Below are positions 1 to 11,375 of a stretch of DNA of 64,000 nucleotides, piece by piece. Origin of the DNA: Yuukianura sp. NJ FZ-2021. Taxonomy: Eukaryota. The position numbers were made by a program, and so were the translations under genes. The notes beneath the pieces were generated by a model. It did no database searches and had not been told where the DNA came from. It worked only from the letters and a program-made list of their open reading frames with translations. Within the stretch, counting starts at the first letter, position 1. The number at the start of each line of letters is the position of its first letter. The stretch is taken from NCBI GenBank assembly GCA_046563655.1, contig CM102289.1, forward strand, positions 1,178,001-1,242,000, given 5' to 3'.

Positions 1-429
1 TCAACATTTAACTAAAAATTTAACATTTAAAAAAATACTATAATTTATAATTTAAATTAATAGTATTACGTAAGTATGTATTTTGGTAGCAAAGTATAGA
101 TTATTTCCAAGCACGATACGTAACTACATCTGTACATTTCTTGGAAACGATAAGTAGCTTCACCTTCGCAGCTAATTTTTGTTTCCTTCGAAAATTGGTT
201 GGATTTGCATTTTAATGAAAGCTAAACACGTAGCAACCAATCAGAAGCTTCAGAATCATGTAACAGAATGAATTAGAACAAATTAGCAACTAGTACTTAA
301 GTTTTTGCTAATTTTTCACATTACTATGTCAGTTGGACGTCCCGGAAATCTTGCCAGTAGATTTCCAGCAACTTTTGCATTCATTTTAACAACAAACAAT
401 AAGTTCAGAATCTGCTTTTTGAAACAGAA

Positions 430-932
430 ATGGCGATGCTGGTAAAATTATTTTTGGTTTCTTTGGCTCTGGTGCTCTATTTCTCCGGTAAGTTAATATT
501 TTTTTTTAAATAATTAGAAAAAAAACTTAAATAAACGGAGAAGTTAAAACAAAATTGTTATAGTTTTACTGCCTTCAATCTAAAATTTTTGTTTCTTCAA
601 TATTTTCCTTTGACAATTTTGATTTTGTTTTAGAAAATGTGGAAACGGCTACAATGCATGTTGACAAATGTGATAACCGTTGCGGTGGATCTAAACGTTC
701 GTGTTCAATTAATTTAAAATAAATTATAATCAGGTGAATTATAATTTAATTAAATTCTGTAGTAAATCCATTTGGGCCGTCCGGTACATGCAAGAGTTGT
801 TGCTTAGAGAAAGGATTTTACGCAGGAGGGGAATGCGGGGACTTCCTGTACCGACATTGTCGCTGTATCCAGAACCCCCCTGGGGGGTTCATGCCCCCAC
901 AGTACCCCCCACACTATCCTCCACAAGGTTAA
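430..932 (+). CDS. Secreted 8-cysteine defensin/diapausin-like peptide with Pro-rich tail (3 exons: 430-487, 634-696, 763-932; 96 aa)
   Basis: Not in the ORF track. Two phase-1 GT-AG introns join to give MAMLVKLFLVSLALVLYFSENVETATMHVDKCDNRCGGSKLNPFGPSGTCKSCCLEKGFYAGGECGDFLYRHCRCIQNPPGGFMPPQYPPHYPPQG*. It has a signal peptide, a CxxxC...CxxCC...GxC...CxC pattern and AATAAA at about 975. Confidence 0.8.
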
Positions 933-1055
933 ACATCTTACATAACATAGCATTACATAATACATACGTTACATAATAAACAGAGTTGCTGTCTAGGCAC
1001 ATGCTTTCTGCTATGAAAAAATTATTTACAACTACTTTTTTTTTGAAATGTTAAT

Positions 1056-2674
1056 CTATTTTTTTAAATATGCGGCTAGTCCCACCGCACCGGGGTTTAG
1101 GGGGAACTGGAGACTGTTTAAAGTCGGCGAATACTGTTGGACCAACTGCGCATGCCCAGGTTTTGCCAATGACATTACATGGATTCCCGGGTATATTGGA
1201 GTGAGGATGTACAGAAAGTCTGCCTGGGGCAAGCTGAGACTAAGTTCGTCCAACGGTCCTCCCGGAATTTCGTACTGATTCAAAATTTGGGCCGACAGCG
1301 TTGCAATGTGCAGTCTCGACTCGGTCACCAAATTTATTCTAGTGTCTGTTGTAAACAAGTGCCCACTGCGTCGAGAAAATGCTGTCCAACATGTAGTTTT
1401 TTGACCTGGAATCAAGGTCATGCGCGATGCAGCGACCACTCCGTTTTCTTGTATCCGCGCAAGTCCGAACCCGCCGCCACCATTATCCGAAAAAGCTACG
1501 ACTGGATTCGAACCGATACCGGTTCCCGGTACGATACTCATACCAAATGGAATAGCGGATCCGATCGGTTCGTTCCGAACTAACTTTCCGATTCCGTTTC
1601 TTCGGATATGAAAACTTCCTAAAATTGCGGCTACTCTGGGTTTTGGTTTTCCTTTGATAGTGACTAGAAGTTGAGACGAATCGGGAGTAAACAAGAGGTC
1701 GCTTGGTGCTCCATAAAATGATGTGTTTTGAATTTTCAAACCGAGAGGGCGGGAAACTCGTGGCAGGGCGGTTATGGACGGAACTCCGTTGGATTCTCTG
1801 GAAAACGAGAAACACTGCACACCATTTTTGGAGCCACCGTTGACAACACACAACATTTGGAGTTTGGTTGAAAAGGCAAGTGCGACGGGAAAATGGCCGC
1901 CACTGGACACAGTTTGGACAAGTTTAAGTTTAGTGGGGGACCGGCGGTTGATTGTAAAAAGTGACACGGAGCTTGAGCCTGCGTTGACTCCAAACAGCAC
2001 GTTGTCATGGACAATCAAGTTGTTTTGGGATCCTAAAGCATCCGGTCCACCGCTCATACCGTCCGGATTTATTCTATAGCCGCCGAGTTCTCCTGTGCTA
2101 AACGATTTCGAAAATCCGAGTTTGCCGTCACGTTGAATCGAAGTAGCGACGATGGAATTTCCGCGTGGATCGTTCGTCATGAAATAAATGGCGCCAATGA
2201 CAGACTTCTTGTGGTGTGATGCATAATCTAAAATAAAAATTTATATCCTGAACTTTTCATTTTCTTTTTCTCAATCATAGAAAATTGTATGAAAACAACA
2301 TTGGAATTCACTTATTACACTTACACTTATTTGAACAACAATTTTTTTTTAATGTTTCAATCAGGAAAACTCAAAAAACTAAACTTGGGTTTCAAAAATT
2401 TATCGCTTTTCTACCAGAACCTTTATGTCGAAGAAAAATTTTACCAAACTTCAAAGTTGAGAGTAAAAAATGACAAGTTTTGAAACACTTTTTTACGTTT
2501 AAGTTTGTTAAGGTTTCCCCCGTTTAGTGTCGTCTGTTTCCCATTACCTATATCCAGGCTTCCATTTCCATGAAAATTGTCTTGATCGTAAGTACTTTCA
2601 CTTGCGCAAAGTTTTGCAACAATAAAAACTTGAACAAAAAATATTTTATAACAATAGTCAACAGCAGAACGCAT
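1056..2674 (-). CDS. Secreted beta-propeller lactonase / 3-carboxymuconate-cyclase-like protein, fungal type (exons 2674-2548, 2227-1056; 432 aa)
   Basis: The 374-aa ORF extends upstream (GAIYFMTND) through a phase-1 GT-AG intron (2547-2228) to a hydrophobic leader exon. Motifs DALGSQ, LFGVNAGSSSVSLF, VSSGGHFPVALA and PGQKTTCW resemble the fungal/bacterial YbhE-like lactonase family. Confidence 0.75.
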
Positions 2675-2690
2675 TTTAAAAGAAACCAAA

Positions 2691-2757
2691 GAATTTTAAT
2701 TTTTCTTAGACTTATTAGAATTTTAATTTTTCTTAGACTTATTAAAATTTTAATTTG
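2691..2757. repeat. 27-bp tandem repeat, about 2.5 copies
   Basis: Unit GAATTTTAATTTTTCTTAGACTTATTA, directly upstream of the lactonase start codon. Confidence 0.85.
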
Positions 2758-3339
2758 TCTAAAGAAAAATGTACAAAATCGCCTTGACAACTCTCTGAAC
2801 GCAACTAAACAAAAAAAAACAAAAAAAAACACACGCATTACTGTATTTATAAATTCTTGTTTCCTTGGAAACCGGACAATCCGCCCTACCAAAAACTTTC
2901 ACAAAACAAATTCAAAAAACCGCTCGTGAGACTACGTTTAGTTAGCAATAGTGTCCTTTTATTTCGTTGCCTTGACAGAAACTTACTTATTTATTACACC
3001 AACTTTTCTGTCGTCGTTTTCAAAAATCAAATGTATATAACTGTTTCCTTTACACTTTTTACGCCTAGTAGTCAAAAGTAACATTCCCAAACATTGGAAT
3101 TGTTATAACATTAAAGCTTTCATTGAGTGCTAATTCGACTTGACAAACTTGTTAGAAAGTAAGACTCGCTCATGTGACTTACACCATAACTTCACTAAAG
3201 GTTATTGTTTGTGTAACAATATCATCTCGTGTACAGTTTTATAAAACTGGACTTCAATTAAATTTTTTTTTGTGTTTTAGTATATTTTATGATTTATGTT
3301 TTAAACTATTTTAAAACTTTGTTTTGATGTAAACCCAGT

Positions 3340-3524
3340 GCTGCTCCAAAAATTGAAAAATTCGAAGCATTTCTTTTCATAAAACTTAAAATTTCATTCT
3401 TTTTTTTTATTTGGATCCTATTGGTTTCCTTCCGCGTCACTTTCGCTTGCACTGTCTTCCAAATCTGCAGGCGAAACTGCAGTAGCCTTGTTCCCCTCGT
3501 TTAAAATTCGAACACAAAGTTTGA
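3340..3524 (-). pseudogene. Calpain 3' remnant (last ~35 codons plus 3' UTR)
   Basis: 3418-3524 is a near copy of 5901-6002 (VRILNEGNKATAVSPADLEDS). Similarity extends into the UTR, and no upstream exons were found. Confidence 0.85.
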
Positions 3525-4409
3525 TCAACTTTAGCTGCTTCTGTTATTAAATTTGCTTGACCGCCCTTGTGATCCAATCAACGAAACAATCAATGTTTGG
3601 TTATTTGGACCCAATCAAGATAACTAAACAAAAAGACACAATCACTTAACTAACTAAGTTATAGTCTCATGAGCAGTTTTTTCAGCTTTTCTTGTGAAAA
3701 TATTTGGGGTACTGTACCCAAGGAGATAAGCATAATTAAAAAAAAATCGTGCAAAAGTTGGTTGAGGTAAAGATGATGTGTTACTTGTAACCAATGTTCG
3801 GTATTTGACACAAAATGGACTATTTGGCATTGACTTGCATTGCATTCTTTAGTTATAATAAGTGCAAAACTTTTATAATACCATTTTCCAATCGAAAGAC
3901 GAATCTAAACCACCAGTTAGATGATGGGGTAGACTGCGTGGTTACAATAGAGGAATTTACTTTGTACTCCGCCCAACGATTGAGCTGATATAAACAAAAC
4001 GTTGTCAGAGAAAAGCTAAAATCAAACAATACGCCCCACTAAAAAGTTTCACAAAAAGACAATGAAAAAACGGCTCGTGAGACTACCCAAGTAAGCGACA
4101 GTGTCTATTTGTTTGTTTTCTTGGATTAAATGACTTCCATTGCCGAAAAATAAACAAAACCAAATTGCCTAAGTGTAGGATATTTGCACTTAAAAGACCA
4201 CATCTGGCGTAACTAAAGTGTTAAAAACGTCATTTTCCTGTTAACCTTTGAAATGAACGGAAGTGTGGATTCTTTCTGAAAGTTTTCACCTCACACAGTT
4301 AAATTGGATAGTTCTTTTGACAGCTTCTATCGGATTTGAAGTTAGGCTTCCTGGTAATATCTCCAGTACACAACTATGGATTTAAATATTACATAAAAGT
4401 CGAGACATT

Positions 4410-5701
4410 ATGATGGATCGAACCAATTTGTGGGTTAAGTTAATGTATACTTGGGCAAGATTTATGCACTACATACCCGTAACATATCATTTTGGACATG
4501 GACAGCCAGATACTATTGTTAACACAAAAAACAATGCATTGTACAATGTGTTTGGAGTATTTTCTACTGTTGTTTTTGGAACAGTCATAGTATGTTGGTA
4601 CTACGAAACCGTTTTTGGTGCTACGACAAAATTTGAAAAAATAATTGCTGTGGGGCTAAATAGTGTCTGTAATGTAATGCATATGACACAATGGATTCTA
4701 CTTATGCGTACCACACGACAACGTTGCATCAAGGTCACAAACATCACTCTCCATACCAAGTTCTATTTGTCCAGAAAATTACCGCGCCCTTTTGCAATGA
4801 TGTGTTTGATGTTCTGCTCAGCAGCAATAATGTATCCGTTTCTCTTCCTACCATTTGTATACGCTATGTCATGGGCACTACCTGGACTGTTCACAACAAT
4901 TCACAATGTACTGGCACTTACCGCTTCACAACTCAGCATTCCGGAGTCTACCGCGTACAACTGGCTATTCAACATATTACAATTTATTGCTTTTGCTAGT
5001 ATTGCAGTTGGTACGGGTCATGCAATAGTCAATATTGCTATTCTGTTTCATTGGACTTATATGTATTTGTTCACAACGAATCAACTACTAAAGGAACCCT
5101 GCTTTGCCTGGTAGGTTAAAGTAAAATTTGTGCTGTAGTTATTGCTTTTAGTTTTTTAAAAACTGAAAAGTTTTTATATGTTTTAAATAAATTTAAATTA
5201 TTTGTTATTTTTGTTTATAGTGAAGTACGCCAGCAGCAACGACCTCAAATATGCCCAGAATCACTGGAGTATTTGAAAGTTAAAGTAATCGGAAAAGCAT
5301 TTGATGAAGCTTTTGGACGTTTAGTTACTGTAACTGCAATTAATATTTTAGCAATTTTGGTCGTGTTCTCATTTTTTGCAATTCGTGCCATTGGTCACTA
5401 TCCGCTTGCGCTATTAGTTGTTGTTATGGTTAGTACCGATTTTGTTGCCATAGTAGATGCAGCCGTTCTCTTCTCGATTTCAACTGATCAGTACATTTTG
5501 TCAAAAAGTTTAATTGAACTAGCTCGTCGCCAAGCAACAAAATCCGGCTCAAAATACGAATCAAAATTTTGGAAGAGCATGACTCCATTGCGCATTGTTG
5601 TCGGAAGTTTTTCTTCTTTTGAAACAAGGGAATTCATTTTGTTCATTTGGGCAGAAGTAGTTATTTATTCATCAATTATAAATCTCCTTCTAGCATTTTA
5701 G
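4410..5701 (+). CDS. Divergent gustatory-receptor-like multi-pass membrane protein (exons 4410-5110, 5221-5701; 393 aa)
   Basis: Two hydrophobic ORFs are joined in frame by a phase-2 GT-AG intron. The C-terminus KFWKSMTPLRIVVG...SSIINLLLAF is shared with the paralog at 20557-22818. Confidence 0.75.
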
Positions 5702-5900
5702 AATGAAAACTCGAAAAGAATTGTGCAGCAAAAGCTTATACTTTCGACGAAAAATTTAACTTTTAGATAACACTTAGTAAATAATTAATTTAATATTTCA
5801 AATTTTCCGGTTTGAAGTAAAATCTTGGTTGTTTCAACAAATTCCATCAATTTCAAACATTTTTCTTTCAAAAAATTCAATTTCTTTTTAAATTTGGTTT

Positions 5901-8900
5901 CTATACGTTTCCTTCTGCGTCGCTTTCACTGTCTTCCAAGTCTGCAGGAGCAACTGCAGTAGCCTTTTTCCCCTCGTTTAAAATTCGAACACAAAATTTG
6001 AATTCTGTTCCCGCTGAAAGCGTTGTCGGGACAACCAAGTATTTTCCAGCCTTCAGTTTGTAGTGAACACTCATACTATTTAACGTATTGCCCGGTGCCC
6101 GCTTGAGTCCTTCGGGATAAATTTCATGAACTTCGTTCTTTTGAAAAAACGTTTTGTCAAAAGTAGTTTCACTGGAAACCTGAAATTCAAAATTTAAAAC
6201 AAGAAATTTTCTCAAAATTCCCAGTTTTTTTAAAAATTGTAAATTTACTGGAAACAGGCGAACGGTGTATCCGTCGTCTAAATCTTCCCACATTTTGTTT
6301 TGTATAACAACCCCAACGATGAGCAATCCGTTTTCTGGTTTAGTCATTTCTACTACATAATGCGGGTTCCGCCAAGGTTTATCTGTGGCGGGAAATTCAA
6401 AATTCAAATTTTAGAATTCAAAACAGTTTTTGAGTTTATAACTACAGTTTTTTGAGTTTTCAAGGCTAATCTGGCTGGAATTTTAAAAAATCTCAAGTTA
6501 CCCCAACCGACTGCCGTATTGTCACAGACGTTCCACTCGTTTTGGAAACTGACCAAACTATACTTGGCGCCTGTGCAGTTGACTTCATTTTGATCCCAGT
6601 ACCAACAACAGGAAATGTCCATAAAATACTTTTTGAAATCTTCGTAACTCATCCAAAACTCGCCGTCATCTTTGCTGACCAAGCCGATTTCCTGTTTTTG
6701 AACTTCACTAACTTGTTGCCACAACGCAGAATCGTCGGCCCAGTCACCTTTCCACTCCGATTTGCCCCACGGATTGCGCAGTCGCATAATTTCGTGCTTT
6801 TCGCCATTCGTAGTTGTAACTACTCTGGCTCCAGTTACAGAGTACGCATGGTTGCCAATTATGTTCAGTTCCTTCAAAATTTTGAAAAGTTCAAAAAAAA
6901 AATTTTTTTTTTTAAACAGTTCAGTTTTTTAAGTTACGTTGGGTATAAATCCTGCTGTGGCTCCCAGGACACAGTCATGCTCAATCCACTTTTCCATTGT
7001 TGGAAAAAAGCCGTCTGGAAGTTTTCCGTCTTTGATTGGCGTCAGGTTACCGAATCCACCAATTAGAGACTCCAACGCGTACATGATAATGTTTCCAGCA
7101 ATATGTGCGTAGTCTCCAACCAACCTAACAAAAATGTTCAAAATTTCGAAAGACTAAGAAAAAAGTCCAAAAGTTCAAAATAACTTTCAAAATTGTTTTT
7201 ACTTTGCAAATGCTTTTTCGAGCAGAATTGCCCAAAATTCGGCTTTTCCATTCTCGGGAGCAAAGTTACTTCCGATGATAACCGTTTTTTCGCGGGTGAC
7301 AATGCAAGGCAAGTAGTCGTCCACTACCACGTCAACCCACGTACCCTGGTACCAAAATCTACCAAAATTGAAAATTTTTTAGAACTAAACTTTTCGAAAA
7401 CCAATTTTTCAGATTTACGAAAGTACCGAAAGTGGTACACTCCTTCATCATTGGTTTTGTTGTCATCAGGAACCACAAAAGTTATCAACTCTGGAACCAT
7501 CGACACAGCTGACAAGGAACACAAAAACCAACAATCTCCCACAGATCCTTGCAGAATGTCAAACCGAGCCTCAGTTTGCCCAATGTCACCGTCATTAAAT
7601 GTTGGCACGTTTTTGTCTTCGTACAACCTTTTACATACATCCTAAATGCAACATAATTAGTTAAATAATAATATGTGATACAAATAGGCAGACGGACGTG
7701 CATAATTAATGTTATAAAGTAGGCCGACAGACAGACAGACAGACACATGAATAATTTTCTAAAACAGTCAGACAGGTAGATAGACTCGCGGACAAACAGA
7801 CAGACAGGAATAATGTTACACAGCAGACAGACAGACAGACAGGAATAAACCGGTTGTAAACCGCCCATACTGATAATAGCGAAGCAATAGCCCCCCCGAA
7901 GGGGGTTTGTTCCCCCCACTTTCCCGCCTCCCCCCCCCGGGGAGTAGGGGTGTGTTTTCCCGCTTCTTTGCTCCGTATCCCAGGAGGCGTGGGGTGTGTT
8001 CCCCCCACTTTCCCGCCCCCCAGGGGATGTTGACAGGTGAGACGTGACAGCTGAGGCGTGACAGCTGACAGGTGAGACGTGGCAGCTGAGGCGTGGCAGG
8101 TGACAGGTGAGACGTGACAGCTGAGGCGTGACAGGTGACAGGTGAGACGTGACAGCTGAGACGTGACAGGTGACAGGTGACACCCGGCAATTGAGAGGTG
8201 ACAGGTGACACCCGGCAGGTGACAGGTGACAGGTGAGACATGACAGCTGAGGCGTGACAGGTGACAGGTGAGACGTGACAGCTGAGACGTTACAGGTGAC
8301 ACCCGGCAACTGAGAGGTGACAGGTGACACCCGGCAGGTGACAGGTGACACCCGGTGGACACAGTGCATGAGTGTGTGAAGTGTATCTGTCAACTGCGTA
8401 ATAGATTTTTTGCTAAGCAGAGAACCATGCCCCATGCCAATTGCCTTTCCTGTCTCACAAGCAGAGTTTTTTACCCACACTTGCATTACAAATGACCTTT
8501 AAAATCCATTTTGACCCGGACGCAGGTGACCTAGGGTCACACATTACACACAAAAGTTGTTCCCCTCGATGAGATGAACAACTTTTGTAGATGTCATTTT
8601 CCGGGTTACCGGGGATGAAACCGGTTGACCTTGACCTTTGACCCGGAAGGAGTTGACACCCGGGGGTCATATTCAATAGTGACCTAGTCCGGGTCATGGG
8701 GTGTTGATAGGTGAAAACCGGAATCAAATCGGGCCAGTAGTTTCTGAGATAATTAATCTGGACAGACAGACGGACAGACAGACGGACAGACAGACAGACA
8801 GACAAACCACTTTTATCATAATAGCTTCGCTATTATAATAATGTTACACAGCAGACAGACAGACAAACAGACACGAATACTGCTACACAGAAGACTGACA

Positions 8901-9472
8901 GACAGACTCACGGACAGACAAACACGTGAATAATTTTATAAAGTAGATAGACAAACAAAACATAAGCAATTCTAAAATTATTTTGAGCAATTTTAAAAAG
9001 CAAAGTAGACACACAGATATGAATAATGTTTCACATCAAACAGACAGACAGACGGAAAGACAGGCATGAATAACATTATGAATTAGGATAGGCTACTTAA
9101 TGAATTAAAATTGTGTACCGCCACTCGTATCCAAGTGGAAGTTCCATTCCATCCGTCGTCTTTCCACTCTTGAAGTCGTGCCGCCATTTTTGGATTTGCC
9201 GTGTCGAAGAGCTGATCGTACTCACCCACCGACTTATCATCATGAGGGAATTCCGGATCTTGGAAATGTGATCCTGCGCATTCCTTTAGAATTTCACAAA
9301 AAACTTGCGCACGACGCTTCACGCTGCGTATGTCAGTGATTTTCTCCAGTGCATGGTCTCCATACTACAACAAAATAAACACCTGAATTTTACAACTTCG
9401 ATGCCAAGTTTCGAAAAGTAAAATTGAAATTACGTAATAAACTGTCCTTCCATTGTGAGTGTACGGCGCCAT
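5901..9472 (-). CDS. Non-classical calpain (CysPc plus short domain III, no PEF domain), 8 exons
   Basis: Catalytic triad motifs [15 protein letters not shown] and RLRNPWG, plus [24 protein letters not shown] and DDGEFWMS. Exons begin [13 protein letters not shown] (9472-9434) and splice in frame through GT-AG introns. Confidence 0.92.
7847..8839 (-). mobile_element. Non-autonomous Helentron (DINE-1/HINE-like) element in calpain intron 2
   Basis: 13-bp subterminal inverted repeats ATAATAGCGAAGC (7873-7885) and GCTTCGCTATTAT (8824-8836). Palindrome at 8818-8836, GTCY microsatellite at 8760-8803, central GTGACAG arrays at 8032-8355, terminal stem-loop CGGTT-GTA-AACCG at 7851-7863, and no TSD. 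Confidence 0.75.
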
Positions 9473-10314
9473 TTTTCGAATTTTAACTTTGTGTAATGCT
9501 TCATAAGTAATTTGAGCCGCACTGCTAAGAAAATTCGTGCTAAAAGTAGTTTAATTTGCAACTCATTTTTAAGCGTCGGAGTGGAAACCACAAGGTCAAT
9601 TAACTAATCAAGGTGAGCCGCAGTAGATATAGAGCATTGGAGATCACTACGTTGAAACAGTTCGTCACTTCCGTTTCTGATTTCAATTTTTGCAAAAATT
9701 TGCATGAGCAGGAAACTTCTTTCATTTTTATTACACATTTTTGTATTACCGTATTTTCCCGTAGATAACGCGCTCTGCCGTATAATGCGCACCAAAAAAA
9801 ACCTCTCAAAATATAAGTTTGACATTCCGTGCTAAATGCTTTTTGAGTTGGAACTAATTCAAATTACAAATTCATACAGTAGACATTTCGTGTTGAATAA
9901 AATTTTAGAATAAAAAGCTTCGTCTCTTGGACAAAGCAAACTCAATTTTCAATTATATATAACTTAAGTCGACATTTCGTGTAGAATCTATTGCTAAATT
10001 CTTTTTGTTTTCTAACATAACTCTAATTAACTAATACATATAGTAGGCATTTCGGTAGAACAAATCTCAAAAATAAAAACTCCGCTCATCACACATTGCA
10101 TGGCAATGAAGTGCATAAAATTGTGCCTTTTTCACATAACACCGCTGCAGTCTAACTACTCGACTCCTCTTCTCTTCTCTTTTTTTTTTTTTTGCAAACT
10201 TCCCTTGGCCTCGAAGCTGGAACTTTCTGTACTAGTTGCAAAATGAAACGGTGCATGTGCCGTTTTTGGTTTTTCGTAAAAATTGTTGTCATTATACTTG
10301 CAGTAGTAATTTTA

Positions 10315-10432
10315 GGGGAATCAAGAATCTCTGAAGAGCAGCCGATTTTGGAGGAATCAGGAATTTCTGAAGAATCGCTGATTTTGGAGGAATCAGGAAT
10401 TGCTGAGGAATCGCTGATTTTGCAGGAATCAG
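10315..10432 (+). repeat. Coding 36-bp minisatellite (EESGISEESLIL, about 3 copies)
   Basis: 12-aa acidic repeat after the signal peptide, absent from the paralogs in this window. Confidence 0.85.
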
Positions 10433-11375
10433 AGACCTCAGATAAATCAACTGCAACTATGGAAACCAAATGTTTAAAGGATTCAAGTGTTGCGTATCAA
10501 ATTGAGAACTTGCATCTACTGATAAATCAGTTTCCACATAGTGACAATTTGATAATTGCTCAAAATCAGCAATTTGAAATAACTTCAAGTTTTGCTGTTC
10601 CCATAAAATTGTATTACTTGTGCCAAAAAAATGTAAGTTGCAAACAAAATTTCACGTTAGCTGACAATCCTATTGTACAATACATTGAGATCTCTGGTAA
10701 CAAACTAAACTACTTTGAAGTTTTCCTGGTATTTCCAAAGAGAATTTCCTCAACAGACGACATGCTCGATAAGGGCAGGGTAATAGTACAGGATATGAAA
10801 TTTGATAATATCGATCGAACGCTAGGTGTTTCAATTCACATAATTGATTGTAAGTACCGCAGCAACATTACCATATCACTGATGTATTACCTCCCCTTTG
10901 CATTTGTGTTCTATCATAACCTAACATCACAGTCTCAACTCTTACACAATGTTCAGGAATATCACGTTTCACAAATTCTGTTGCAGTACAGAATGATTGT
11001 AGAGGATGGCATGTACTTATGGGAACATAAGTTGTACAAGATGAACACAACGCAAGCACTGTCTTTTAACCAATTTCGACAAGTGACTGCAGCAGTTGAG
11101 GCAGAAGCAAGGAATGACATTTTTTTTGGAGATCAAAACATAACTGAAGGCATAATATCCGTAGATGAATTTTTAAATCCTTTCCAGAAGCAGGAACATA
11201 ATTTTCATGACTGCATTAATTTACTTTTACATTACAGACATAGAGTTCCATTAAGGTTGAAAGACATAGCATATAATAAGACAGCTTCATGGAATAACGC
11301 TTACGGTTTCAGTTTAACTTCACCGAATTCGTGGATCCCAAAATTTTTTTTTCTAGTTAAATATGAAACAACTGG

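Noticed and set aside
7485..8805. Long ORFs (333, 216, 141 and 116 aa) with HLSPVT/CLSV repeats
   Set aside because: They are translations of GTGACAG and CAGA arrays inside an intronic element.
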